A stretch of DNA of 64,000 bases from an uncultured Bacteroidales bacterium (GCA_963822145.1 CAWGGG010000004.1:698939-762938), one strand, 5' to 3'; counted from the first letter of the stretch, positions 30,064 to 39,387 are shown. Numbers and translations: made by a program. Notes: generated from the letters alone by a model not told the origin.

Positions 30064-30432
30064 AGACCTTTTGCAAAGTTGCAAAATCTCCTGCATCCCC
30101 GGGAATAATCATGCTGGTTTTATAGGACTTTGGGATCGGGTCCCGTCATTATGGACGACCTTTACCTTAGCACTGATAGTATTGCCGGACCAGAAATTAC
30201 CGTATCCATAGGGGATTTCAGTACTCCAGATAGTGCACGGGTTGGGTGGATACCCGTACAGATTATGAACAGAGCCCCGAAGATTTCCATCCGTATATCA
30301 TCATTTCAGATTATGCCAGCAGGGTGGAGTAGGTCCCGGTCTTACTATTTGCCGTGACCTGGTGACTCTGTGGGGTGTAAAATATGAATGGAAAGCGCGT
30401 CGGGGGAGAATTCGTTTATTTATTACACCCGC
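30064..30432 (-). ncRNA. Candidate large structured non-coding RNA (family not identified)
   Basis: At least 8 complementary segments with G-U pairs favouring the minus strand, a GGAA tetraloop, a long-range helix, a possible pseudoknot and a 3' hairpin; no credible ORF. Confidence 0.6.
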
Positions 30433-30545
30433 CTGAAAAATAACCTGTAAAATGATTGCCTTTTCTCATACAGACCATGTCAAGTTTGTTTAACTTTTGC
30501 AGCAATTTAAAATTGTCACCGTCATTAATAAAAAATCATTAAATC

Positions 30546-31265
30546 ATGAAAACAATAAAAACAATCATGCTGAATACCATGACCATTCTCCTGGCTGCAG
30601 GATGCGTGGTTAACATCCAGGATACCATTACCGGAGACGGAAAAGTTGTAAGCCAGACGCGCGATGTTCCCGAATTCACAGGTGTTAAGGTAGGCAGTGG
30701 AATTGATGTATTCCTCACGCAGGGAGATAATCAGCGTGTGGAAGTGGAGGCTGATGAAAACCTGCAGGAATGGATCAGAACCGAAGTAAAAGGGTCTGTG
30801 CTGCATATCTATACGGATAAAAATATCCGGTTGGCCAAGGCAAAAAGGGTCAACATTAACTGCAAGATGCTTGATAGGATTGATATCTCAAGTGCCGGTG
30901 ATGTTACAGCGGTGAACCGGTTTAAGGCTGACAAACTTGATATCGACATGAGCAGCGCTGGAGATCTGAACCTTGAAGTGGAAGCAAATGAGATTTCCAT
31001 TTCCATCTCAAGCGCGGGAAATGCTGTTTTAAAGGGGAAGACCGATACCTTAAAGGCTGATCTGAGCAGTGCCGGAGATCTTAATGCTTATGATCTGGAA
31101 GCAAAATATGGCGAAATTTCCGTTTCAAGCGCAGGAAGCGCCAGGGTCTTTGTCACTGATGAAGCAAGTTTTCATTCAAGCAGTGCCGGGGATATCGATT
31201 ACAAGGGTGAGCCCAGGATGAAGGAAATACATACCTCCAGTGCGGGATCTGTGAATAAGAAGTAA
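30546..31265 (+). CDS. Head GIN domain (DUF2807) lipoprotein
   Basis: Lipobox AAGC, ITGDGKVVSQTR, repeated SSAG(D/S/N) beta-helix units. Confidence 0.88.
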   Translation: MKTIKTIMLNTMTILLAAGCVVNIQDTITGDGKVVSQTRDVPEFTGVKVGSGIDVFLTQGDNQRVEVEADENLQEWIRTEVKGSVLHIYTDKNIRLAKAKRVNINCKMLDRIDISSAGDVTAVNRFKADKLDIDMSSAGDLNLEVEANEISISISSAGNAVLKGKTDTLKADLSSAGDLNAYDLEAKYGEISVSSAGSARVFVTDEASFHSSSAGDIDYKGEPRMKEIHTSSAGSVNKK

Positions 31266-31331
31266 TGTTGGTTTTGTTATGGGTTGTGGTGGTTGTGGGT
31301 TGTGGTGGTAACCATCACAACCATCACAACA
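31266..31331. repeat. Imperfect 9-mer repeats GGTTGTGGT with inverted copies AACCATCAC, hairpin between convergent genes
   Basis: Left G/T-rich units pair with two right-hand AACCATCAC units (G-U pairs on the + strand). Confidence 0.75.
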
Positions 31332-31339
31332 TTCTTATC

Positions 31340-32266
31340 CTATGCTCCCTTTCCTGAATACAAATCGTAATACCGTTCCATCTTCCCGGACATGGCCCTG
31401 GGTTTTTCCATATACAAACGTATGGCCAAAGGGAGCGAAGTCTTTTGTAAGGTCTTCCGCTTCTTTTGTATAAAGTCAAGAAGAATGCCGGCTGCGGTTT
31501 TGTCCTTTTGGTATTGTTCCTTAATGAGATATTGTTCCAATTCAGCAAGGTCGTGATCCAACCCCAGCTTTTGGGCCAGGATATCGAGCTGGTGGGCCAG
31601 CAGACCCAGGTAGGCGGGGTAGATGGGACGCAGGATGAGATAATGAATCCATAAGAATTTTGCCTGCTTTCTCAGTTCGTGCAGGTTTTCTGTTGTTGCA
31701 TCCGTCAATACCGCGGCAAGATCTTTTTTACCCTGGCTGTACGTTCGACGCATTTCGGGTACCAGGTCATGAAAATCGCATGAATGCATGGGTTTTGCGA
31801 TCATTGTAGTCATTTCTGTAGTTAATATGTCAGCCAGGTAACGGTCTGCATGGTTTCCGTCAATGATCTTCCGGGTAAGCATCTGATGATGTTTTTCTGC
31901 ATCAGTGACCAGTTCCTGCATGAATTCCTGATTAACCTGAAATCTTTTATCTGCCTTAAACAACTGTATTAAGCCCAGATTGACGGCACTGATTCTGTTG
32001 TCAGCCAGGGACTGACTTAGATGACCAAATAACTTATTGCTGTGACGGTAAACTTCCTCATTGTTTACCCTACGGTATAAGCGGTGGATGGCCCTGATGC
32101 GTTTGGTGGATTTCCGGATCTCATGCACGGCAACGTCGGGCTTTTCACCAAACTGTCCGCAAAACAGCAGTGCCTGCTGCAATTGTTCCAGCACCATACG
32201 TTGAAAAGCCTCATTAAAGGGTTCTTGTTTAAATATCCGTAAACCTGAAGGGGTCACTTTTTTCAT
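31340..32266 (-). CDS. CHAD domain protein (polyphosphate-binding)
   Basis: AVHEIRKSTKRIRA, LHELRKQAK, LGLDHDL. Confidence 0.9.
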   Translation of the reverse strand: MKKVTPSGLRIFKQEPFNEAFQRMVLEQLQQALLFCGQFGEKPDVAVHEIRKSTKRIRAIHRLYRRVNNEEVYRHSNKLFGHLSQSLADNRISAVNLGLIQLFKADKRFQVNQEFMQELVTDAEKHHQMLTRKIIDGNHADRYLADILTTEMTTMIAKPMHSCDFHDLVPEMRRTYSQGKKDLAAVLTDATTENLHELRKQAKFLWIHYLILRPIYPAYLGLLAHQLDILAQKLGLDHDLAELEQYLIKEQYQKDKTAAGILLDFIQKKRKTLQKTSLPLAIRLYMEKPRAMSGKMERYYDLYSGKGA

Positions 32267-32322
32267 TAGGCTAATGTAAGAACAAATGCCTACTTTTGCG
32301 TGCTTTAAAACTGTATTTCAGC

Positions 32323-34449
32323 ATGGAAAACAAATATGTCCGGTTGTTGTCTGTTAACCTGAATCTCCTGCCATGGCAGGTGGAGAATACCCTTAGACTG
32401 CTGGAGGCAAATGCTACAATTCCTTTTATCAGCCGTTACCGCAAAGAAGCCACCGGCAGCCTGGACGAGGTTCAGATTGCCTCCATCCGGGAAATGTTCA
32501 GCAAGTATGAAGAGCTTGATAAAAGGCGTGAAACTATAATTAAAAGCATTGAAGAACAGGGATTGCTCACAGATGATCTCAGGGGCAGGCTGGAGAACAC
32601 CCTGACCATGACTGAACTGGAAGATTTATATCTCCCTTTTAAGCCCAAGAAAAAAACGCGTGCTACCGTTGCCAAAGAAAAAGGTCTTGAACCCCTGGCA
32701 AAGATCATTTTCTTACAGTCAGATCGGGATGTATATGGTGCAGCATTAAAGTTCTTAAATGATAATGTTGAAAATGAGGAGGATGCCCTCCAGGGTGCCC
32801 GTGATATCATTGCCGAATGGGTGAATGAGGACCAGCGTGCACGGGTTCTTGTCCGGCGTTCTTTTACCCGGGAAGCTGTCATCTCCTCAAAAATCATAAA
32901 AGGAAAAGAAGCTGAGGGAGTAAAATACAAGGATTATTTTGACTTTGCTGAACCCTTGAACCGGTGTCCTTCACATCGCCTTTTAGCGGTGCTTCGCGGA
33001 GAGGATGAGGGTTTTCTCAGGCTAGCCGTTGAACCTGATTCGGATAAGACCATTCAGCAGCTTAACGAACAATTTGTCCGGAGTACCGGCAAATGTGCCG
33101 CACAAATGACCCTGGCCATAAGGGATTCATATAAACGACTCTTGGGACCTTCTATTGAGAATGAATTCAGGGCCATGGCAAAGGAAAAAGCCGATAATCA
33201 GGCCATCCAGGTGTTTGCCGAAAACCTGAAGCAACTGCTGATGTCGTCACCATTGGGACAGAAACGTGTGCTGGCAATTGATCCAGGATTCCGTACCGGA
33301 TGCAAGGTAGTTTGCCTTAATGCGCAGGGAAATCTTCTGCACAATGAAACCATCTTTCCCCATCCTCCCCAGCAGGAAACAGGTATGGCAATGAAAAAGA
33401 TCAGCACCCTTGTGAATTCCTACAAGATTGATGCAATTGCCATCGGAAACGGTACTGCCAGTCGCGAAACGGAGTCCTTTATCCGAAAAATCAAATTCGA
33501 AAGGGATCTGAAGGTTTTTGTGGTCAGTGAAGCAGGAGCTTCTGTATATTCAGCCTCAAAAGTTGCACGGGATGAATTTCCCGATTATGATGTAACGGTG
33601 AGAGGGGCGATATCCATAGGCCGTCGGCTCATGGATCCCCTGGCCGAACTCGTTAAGATTGAACCCAAGTCCATAGGGGTGGGCCAGTATCAGCATGATG
33701 TGGACCAGAACAAATTGAAAGCCTCCCTGGACCAGGTGGTGGAAAACTGTGTCAATGCAGTGGGTGTTGATCTGAATACAGCCAGCATGCATTTGCTCAC
33801 CTATGTCTCAGGTCTTGGTCCGCAACTGGCCAGAAACATTGTGGAATACCGAAAGGAACGGGGTATTTTTGACTCTCGTGAGGACCTTAAAAAGGTGCCC
33901 CGGATGGGGCCCAAGGCATTTGAGCAGGCAGCTGGCTTCCTGAGAATCAGGGACGGCAGCAATCCCCTGGATAACAGTGCGGTGCATCCCGAAAGCTATT
34001 ATATTGTCGAGAAAATGGCTGCCAGCCTGAATCACCCGGTCACCGATCTGCTGCAGGACGAAGGCCTGCGAAAGGGGATCGATATAAAGAGGTTTGCCGA
34101 TGATAAGGTGGGTATGCCGACGCTTACCGACATCATGCTGGAACTGGCAAAACCGGGAAGGGATCCCAGATCCGTTATTAAAGTGTTCGAATTTGCGGCT
34201 GATGTGCATGCTCTGGAAGATGTTAAGCCTGGTATGATACTGCCGGGCATTGTCACCAATATTACCAATTTTGGTGCTTTTGTGGACATAGGTGTGAAAC
34301 AGGATGGATTGGTCCATATATCCCAGATGGCCGACCGGTTTGTCACCAATCCGGCTGATGTGGTGAAGCTTCACCAGCATGTCCAGGTTAAGGTGCTTGA
34401 AGTAGATATCGCCCGTAAGCGAATTCAGCTCACCATGAAGGATTTATAG
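32323..34449 (+). CDS. tex: Tex family RNA-binding transcriptional accessory protein
   Basis: TIPFISRYRKEATGSLDE, IDPGFRTGCK, EAGASVYSAS, C-terminal S1 domain; -7 box TACTTTTG at 32291-32298 supports ATG 32323. Confidence 0.95.
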   Translation: MENKYVRLLSVNLNLLPWQVENTLRLLEANATIPFISRYRKEATGSLDEVQIASIREMFSKYEELDKRRETIIKSIEEQGLLTDDLRGRLENTLTMTELEDLYLPFKPKKKTRATVAKEKGLEPLAKIIFLQSDRDVYGAALKFLNDNVENEEDALQGARDIIAEWVNEDQRARVLVRRSFTREAVISSKIIKGKEAEGVKYKDYFDFAEPLNRCPSHRLLAVLRGEDEGFLRLAVEPDSDKTIQQLNEQFVRSTGKCAAQMTLAIRDSYKRLLGPSIENEFRAMAKEKADNQAIQVFAENLKQLLMSSPLGQKRVLAIDPGFRTGCKVVCLNAQGNLLHNETIFPHPPQQETGMAMKKISTLVNSYKIDAIAIGNGTASRETESFIRKIKFERDLKVFVVSEAGASVYSASKVARDEFPDYDVTVRGAISIGRRLMDPLAELVKIEPKSIGVGQYQHDVDQNKLKASLDQVVENCVNAVGVDLNTASMHLLTYVSGLGPQLARNIVEYRKERGIFDSREDLKKVPRMGPKAFEQAAGFLRIRDGSNPLDNSAVHPESYYIVEKMAASLNHPVTDLLQDEGLRKGIDIKRFADDKVGMPTLTDIMLELAKPGRDPRSVIKVFEFAADVHALEDVKPGMILPGIVTNITNFGAFVDIGVKQDGLVHISQMADRFVTNPADVVKLHQHVQVKVLEVDIARKRIQLTMKDL

Positions 34450-34569
34450 TTCTGGTTGATAGATAGTCTGCAAAATACTTTTACCTATGAACCGGCCCAT
34501 CGGAAGGAACCGGGCACAACCAAGCTAAGAAGCAAACGTTTACGTCTCTCCCGGATTAATTTTGTTATT

Positions 34570-35430
34570 TTAACCGAGGTAGGATTTCAGCAATTTACTC
34601 CGGGAGGTATGTCTTAATCTTCTGATGGCCTTTTCTTTGATTTGCCTCACTCTTTCACGGGTAAGATCAAATTTTTCACCGATTTCTTCCAGGGTCATTT
34701 CCTGAACGCCAATACCAAAAAAGAACTTGATAATGTCTCTTTCACGTTCAGTGAGGGTGGCCAGAGCACGATCAATCTCCTTCATCAAGGATTCACTGAT
34801 CAGCTTTTTATCTGCTTTGGGAGAATCATGGTTAATCAGAATATCCAGAAGACTGTTATCTTCACCTTCCGCAAACGGAGCATCTACGGATACATGACGT
34901 CCGGAAACTTTCAGTGTATCTGAAACCTTTTCCTTGGGCAACTCCAGGGCTTCAGCCAATTCTTCGGGAGTGGGGGTGCGTTCGAATTCCTGCTCGAATT
35001 TCGAAAAGGCCTTGTTAATTTTGTTTAAGGAGCCAACCTGGTTCAGCGGCAGCCTCACAATCCTGGATTGTTCTGCCAGGGCCTGGAGTATAGACTGCCT
35101 GATCCACCAAACGGCATAGGAAATAAACTTGAATCCGCGTGTTTCATCAAACTTTTCGGCAGCTTTGATGAGACCGAGATTGCCTTCATTGATCAGGTCA
35201 GGTAAGCTGAGCCCCTGGTTCTGATATTGCTTGGCAACCGAAACAACAAAACGAAGATTGGCCCGGGTGAGTTTTTCAAGGGCGGTCTTATCTCCTTTTT
35301 TGATCCGCTGCGCTAATTCAACTTCCTCCTCAACGGTGATAAGCTCCTCTTTTCCAATTTCCTGCAAATACTTATCCAGAGAAGCACTCTCCCGGTTGGT
35401 AATTGATTTTGTTATTTTAAGTTGTCTCAT
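34570..35430 (-). CDS. rpoD: Primary RNA polymerase sigma factor (Bacteroidota RpoD/SigA type, lacks region 1.1)
   Basis: [15 protein letters not shown] start, [36 protein letters not shown]. Confidence 0.96.
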   Translation of the reverse strand: MRQLKITKSITNRESASLDKYLQEIGKEELITVEEEVELAQRIKKGDKTALEKLTRANLRFVVSVAKQYQNQGLSLPDLINEGNLGLIKAAEKFDETRGFKFISYAVWWIRQSILQALAEQSRIVRLPLNQVGSLNKINKAFSKFEQEFERTPTPEELAEALELPKEKVSDTLKVSGRHVSVDAPFAEGEDNSLLDILINHDSPKADKKLISESLMKEIDRALATLTERERDIIKFFFGIGVQEMTLEEIGEKFDLTRERVRQIKEKAIRRLRHTSRSKLLKSYLG

Positions 35431-35506
35431 GTACCCGAAAAATTTGTGCGAATTTATGCTATTTTTATTACTAATTTCAATTTATATCGACTTACAAAAA
35501 AAATAA

Positions 35507-35535
35507 TAAAAAAAAGGCTTGCGAACTGCAAGCCT
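35507..35535 (-). terminator. Intrinsic terminator of degP
   Basis: AGGCTTGC-agttc-GCAAGCCT followed by a T-run on the minus strand. Confidence 0.85.
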
Positions 35536-35561
35536 CATGATTATAGTTTATTGATTTGCTT

Positions 35562-36989
35562 TTACAGTCCAAAGGCATAGTAAGCCGAAACCCCATTCTG
35601 ATAAACACCCTCTATGTAAACGCCACCCTTGTAATTATTAAAGATTTTTTCCAACTCAGCAACCGAATTAACCGGTTTATTGTTAACCTTGGTGATGATG
35701 AATCCGGGTTTCACTCCCTCGGCCTTCAGTTTGCCCTCCTGAAGTTCCGTAACTTTAACGCCGTTGCTGATGCCAAGTTTTTTCTTCTCCTGATCGTCCA
35801 GGTTAACTATTTTTGCTCCAAGTATGGTTTCGAATGTGCCTGCCTTAACGATGCCTGTGTCACCTTGAAGATTACGTAAGACAATATCAATTTGTTTCGT
35901 TTTGTCTTTCCTTTTTAGCTGTACGGTGATTTTATCACCGGGACGATACCTTCCTACCAATTCCTGCAATTCGGAAGGACTTTTTACTGCAACGCCATTG
36001 ATGCTTGTGATAACATCACCCGCTTCAACCCCGGCTTCCTTGGCAGCGCTGTTATCGCTGACCTCAGCTACATAAACCCCTTGAAGCTGGTCAAGACCCT
36101 TTTCCTTTGCAAGCTCGGCGGTAATGTCAACAATTTGTACTCCCATGATAGCCCGCTGAACTGTGCCAAATTCGATCAGATCCTTCACAACCTTTTGAAC
36201 GATACTTGAAGGAATGGCAAAGGAAATACCCACATTGCCGCCGGTAGGGGAGACAATGGCAGTATTGATGCCAACCATTTCACCCTTCAGATTCACCAGC
36301 GCCCCGCCACTGTTGCCACGGTTGACTGAAGCATCCGTCTGGATAAATGATTCAATCCTGTAATTGTCTTCTATAATAGCCATGCTCCGCCCTTTGGCAC
36401 TGACAATTCCAGCAGTTACCGTAGAAGAAATGTTGAAAGGATTTCCTACCGCAAGCACCCATTCTCCAATCCTGAGTGCATCGGAGTTGCCGAAGGTAAT
36501 AAAGGGCAGTCCTTCAGCATCGATCTTCAGCAAAGCCAGATCGGTAGAATGATCGGTGCCGATCACCTTGGCTTCAAACTCCCGTTTGTCGTTCAGGGTC
36601 ACGGAAACCTTATCCGAGTTTTCAATAACATGATTGTTGGTAACAATATAGCCGTCCGCCGTAATGATCACACCGGAACCAATGCCCGTTACAGGTTCCT
36701 CATCACCATCGTACCTGTCGCCATAAAAAAACTCATAAATCGGGTTCCGGTATTGAATGGTAGACTGGGTTTTTACATTCACGACCGAATTTACAGTTTT
36801 TTCTGCTGCAAAGGTGAAATCTGTTGAACTGTCGATACCGGCTGTCAGACTTACCATACTTACCGGCTGCTTTGCTTCAGAAATTGTTAATTTCTCCTTT
36901 TTGTCGAGAAGCGCAGAGTAAGCAAATACTGCAATAAAACCGCCAAGGATGGCGGCTCCCACAATTATTAATAGCTGTTTGTTTTTCAT
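35562..36989 (-). CDS. degP: HtrA/DegP (Do family) serine protease with two PDZ domains
   Basis: GSGVI, TNNHV, DLALLKI, NRGNSGG, PDZ domains; start moved to ATG at 36989. Confidence 0.93.
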   Translation of the reverse strand: MKNKQLLIIVGAAILGGFIAVFAYSALLDKKEKLTISEAKQPVSMVSLTAGIDSSTDFTFAAEKTVNSVVNVKTQSTIQYRNPIYEFFYGDRYDGDEEPVTGIGSGVIITADGYIVTNNHVIENSDKVSVTLNDKREFEAKVIGTDHSTDLALLKIDAEGLPFITFGNSDALRIGEWVLAVGNPFNISSTVTAGIVSAKGRSMAIIEDNYRIESFIQTDASVNRGNSGGALVNLKGEMVGINTAIVSPTGGNVGISFAIPSSIVQKVVKDLIEFGTVQRAIMGVQIVDITAELAKEKGLDQLQGVYVAEVSDNSAAKEAGVEAGDVITSINGVAVKSPSELQELVGRYRPGDKITVQLKRKDKTKQIDIVLRNLQGDTGIVKAGTFETILGAKIVNLDDQEKKKLGISNGVKVTELQEGKLKAEGVKPGFIITKVNNKPVNSVAELEKIFNNYKGGVYIEGVYQNGVSAYYAFGL

Positions 36990-37142
36990 CTTTAAAACTT
37001 TTATCCTTATTCTTAAATTTGTACTCTCTTTTCTCAGCCATACTTTCAAAAAGTATGCCTTTGATCTTTGATTGATAACCTCAAAATTATCACATTTGTT
37101 TTCTTATTACGCTGGTTTAACATAATTTAACGATAGTGTGAC

Positions 37143-37928
37143 ATGCTGGAATTCTTTAAATACGAGGGCGCTGGAAATGATTTTATACTGGTTGATGACC
37201 GGACGGCCAGATTTCCTGCAAATGACCAGGGTCTTGTTAAGCGCCTGTGCAACATGAAATTTGGTATTGGGGCTGATGGCCTGATGTTGCTCCGATCCTG
37301 TCCCGGTTATGATTTTGAAATGGTTTACTATAATGCTGATGGAAGGGAAAGCACCATGTGCGGCAATGGTGGGCGCTGCATTGCCGTTTTTGCCAGGAAA
37401 CTGGGAATTATAGAATGCAGTGCCCGTTTTCTGGCAGCTGACGGTGAACATCTGGCCGATCTCCTGTCGGATCATTATGTGAAACTGAAGATGTCTGATG
37501 TATCGGATTACGAGGCCGGCAGGGATTTTTACTTCCTGAATACCGGGTCACCCCATTATGTTTCCTTTACCACCGGTCTGGACAAGATTGATGTGGTAGC
37601 CGCAGGCCGTGAGATTCGTTATAGTGACAGGTTCAGGGAGCTGGGTACCAATGTTAATTTTGTTGAGGAAGGTCCGGATTACTTGTTTGTCAGGACTTAC
37701 GAACGCGGTGTTGAAAATGAAACACAGGCTTGCGGAACCGGCGTGGTAGCATCTGTCATTTCTTCATGTCTTCGGCAGAAAGATGACAAAATATCATATT
37801 CTGTGCCAGTAAGGGTTTTAGGCGGTCAACTGAAGGTATCCCTGAAGAGGAAGGGCAATATCTTTTCCGATATTTGGCTTGAAGGGCCCGCTACCTTTGT
37901 TTTCAAGGGACAAATAGAGATCCCTTAA
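37143..37928 (+). CDS. dapF: Diaminopimelate epimerase
   Basis: GAGNDF, GIGADG, MCGNGGRC, TGSPH, ERGVENETQACGTG. Confidence 0.97.
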   Translation: MLEFFKYEGAGNDFILVDDRTARFPANDQGLVKRLCNMKFGIGADGLMLLRSCPGYDFEMVYYNADGRESTMCGNGGRCIAVFARKLGIIECSARFLAADGEHLADLLSDHYVKLKMSDVSDYEAGRDFYFLNTGSPHYVSFTTGLDKIDVVAAGREIRYSDRFRELGTNVNFVEEGPDYLFVRTYERGVENETQACGTGVVASVISSCLRQKDDKISYSVPVRVLGGQLKVSLKRKGNIFSDIWLEGPATFVFKGQIEIP

Positions 37929-37934
37929 GATACT

Positions 37935-38339
37935 TTATCCCAGCCAGTCTTTCAGCATTTCCATCCAGAACACATTGTCACAGCGTCCCAAGGAATAATT
38001 GATGATGAGGTAAATCTGATACTCACAATTATCTTTGACAAAAACAATACGGAGGGGCTTCCATGCCAGGCCTAGATTGCGTGTTTCCCACGGGGTAAAG
38101 TCCCCGTCAAAACCGTGATAAAGTTGCTGAATTTCATACCGGTAAATGCTGAGACGCAATTCAGATCCTGTTTCCTTATCCTGGCCAAAAAAGTTTAATT
38201 TTTCCTTATCAAGGGTGATATATCCCTTATATCGATGCAGGGGCTGCATCAGACTGGTATGTGCTTCAAGCCAGTCCCCGAAATTCCGGTTCCGGATATC
38301 CTCCCGAAATGATAAAAAGGCTGGTGCATCTTTTACCAT
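37935..38339 (-). CDS. Hypothetical protein (134 aa, beta-rich, possibly PH-like fold)
   Basis: Clean ORF 16 bp downstream of the LOG gene, same strand; ATG at 38339. Confidence 0.6.
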   Translation of the reverse strand: MVKDAPAFLSFREDIRNRNFGDWLEAHTSLMQPLHRYKGYITLDKEKLNFFGQDKETGSELRLSIYRYEIQQLYHGFDGDFTPWETRNLGLAWKPLRIVFVKDNCEYQIYLIINYSLGRCDNVFWMEMLKDWLG

Positions 38340-38355
38340 AACGTAAAAATAGCAA

Positions 38356-38916
38356 TTATTTGCGATGATTGAGTAACCTTTTGACAAGATCTCCCGGATG
38401 CTCTTCAACAATAAGTTCTTTATAAAGGTCATTTTGAAAATAACCCTGAATTATGATATGCTCCAGGAATCCGATCAGTTTATCATAGAATCCACTGACG
38501 TTAAGCAGTGCCATAGGTTTGTGATGATATCCCAGCTGAAACCAGGTGAAAATCTCAAAAAACTCATCCATGGTCCCGATGCCGCCGGGCAAAACAACAA
38601 ATGCATCCGATAACTTGGCCATGAGTGCCTTTCGCTCATGCATTCCGGTAACAATGTGCAATTGCGTCAGGTTAGCATGGGCCAGTTCACGATCCATAAG
38701 CTTTTGCGGGATTACACCGACCACCTCTCCGCCACGCTTCAACATTTCATCTGCGAGAATACCCATCAAACCAATGTTTCCACCGCCATAAACCATAACC
38801 AGCTTGTGCAACGTGAACACTTCCGCCAGCTTCACGCATGCCTGCATAATTTCGGGATCATTTCCTGTTGAAGATCCGCAGAATACCGCTATGGTTCTTA
38901 TCGGGGCAGATTCCAT
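38356..38916 (-). CDS. LOG family nucleotide phosphoribohydrolase (TIGR00730-type)
   Basis: AVFCGSS, VYGGG..GLMG, MHERK, PGGIGTMDE. Confidence 0.93.
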   Translation of the reverse strand: MESAPIRTIAVFCGSSTGNDPEIMQACVKLAEVFTLHKLVMVYGGGNIGLMGILADEMLKRGGEVVGVIPQKLMDRELAHANLTQLHIVTGMHERKALMAKLSDAFVVLPGGIGTMDEFFEIFTWFQLGYHHKPMALLNVSGFYDKLIGFLEHIIIQGYFQNDLYKELIVEEHPGDLVKRLLNHRK

Positions 38917-38919
38917 GAT

Positions 38920-38954
38920 AAAAAAACCCCACAGCTATTGAAACTGTGAGGTTT
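38920..38954 (-). terminator. Intrinsic terminator after the DUF1573 gene
   Basis: AAACCTCACAG-loop-CTGTGGGGTTT followed by Ts on the minus strand. Confidence 0.7.
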
Positions 38955-38982
38955 GACAGCATTATAATCGAGAAGAAATAAG

Positions 38983-39387
38983 CTAATTTTTGGGGACTAC
39001 TTCACCCTTGATAACGAGGGCGGTATTTCCCTCTGCTGCGTTGGAGGTTACCATAATGGTTTTGGTAAACACACCACCGGAAGCCGCATTGAAAGTCACG
39101 GCGATTTTACCTGATTTTGAAGGCTGTATGGGTTCCTTAGGATAGTCTGCAATGGTACATCCGCAAGTAGGTCGCACAGAGCTGATGATGAGGGGCACCA
39201 TAGTGGGATTCTTGAATTCAAACTCAGCAGAAACCGGTTTTCCTTGTTCGATCTTGCCGAAATCAATGGTAGTAGCGGTCCAGGCTATTCCTGAAACAGG
39301 TTTAGGATCATCCTGTGCACTGATAGTGCCGGAAATTCCAATAAGCATAGCAACCAAAACAGTTAGAAGATAGGAAGGTATTTTCAT
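38983..39387 (-). CDS. DUF1573 domain exported protein
   Basis: DFGKI, F.FKN, PTCGCT, PIQP..SGKI, FTKTI.V.SNA. Confidence 0.9.
   Translation of the reverse strand: MKIPSYLLTVLVAMLIGISGTISAQDDPKPVSGIAWTATTIDFGKIEQGKPVSAEFEFKNPTMVPLIISSVRPTCGCTIADYPKEPIQPSKSGKIAVTFNAASGGVFTKTIMVTSNAAEGNTALVIKGEVVPKN

Noticed and set aside
30105-30135. AAAGUCC / AAACCAGC on the minus strand resembling RNase P conserved regions
   Set aside because: Lacks GAGGAAAGUCC, the order and spacing are wrong, and no P4 pairing can be formed
30130-30357. 75-aa + strand ORF within the candidate ncRNA
   Set aside because: TTG start, no recognisable motif, and the base-pairing pattern explains the region better; not formally excluded
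30373-30430. Inverted repeat GGGTGTAA/TTACACCC around the putative promoter as an invertible (phase-variable) promoter
   Set aside because: Only 8 bp perfect, shorter than typical Bacteroidota invertible-repeat arms, and no recombinase nearby; more likely an RNA stem or chance
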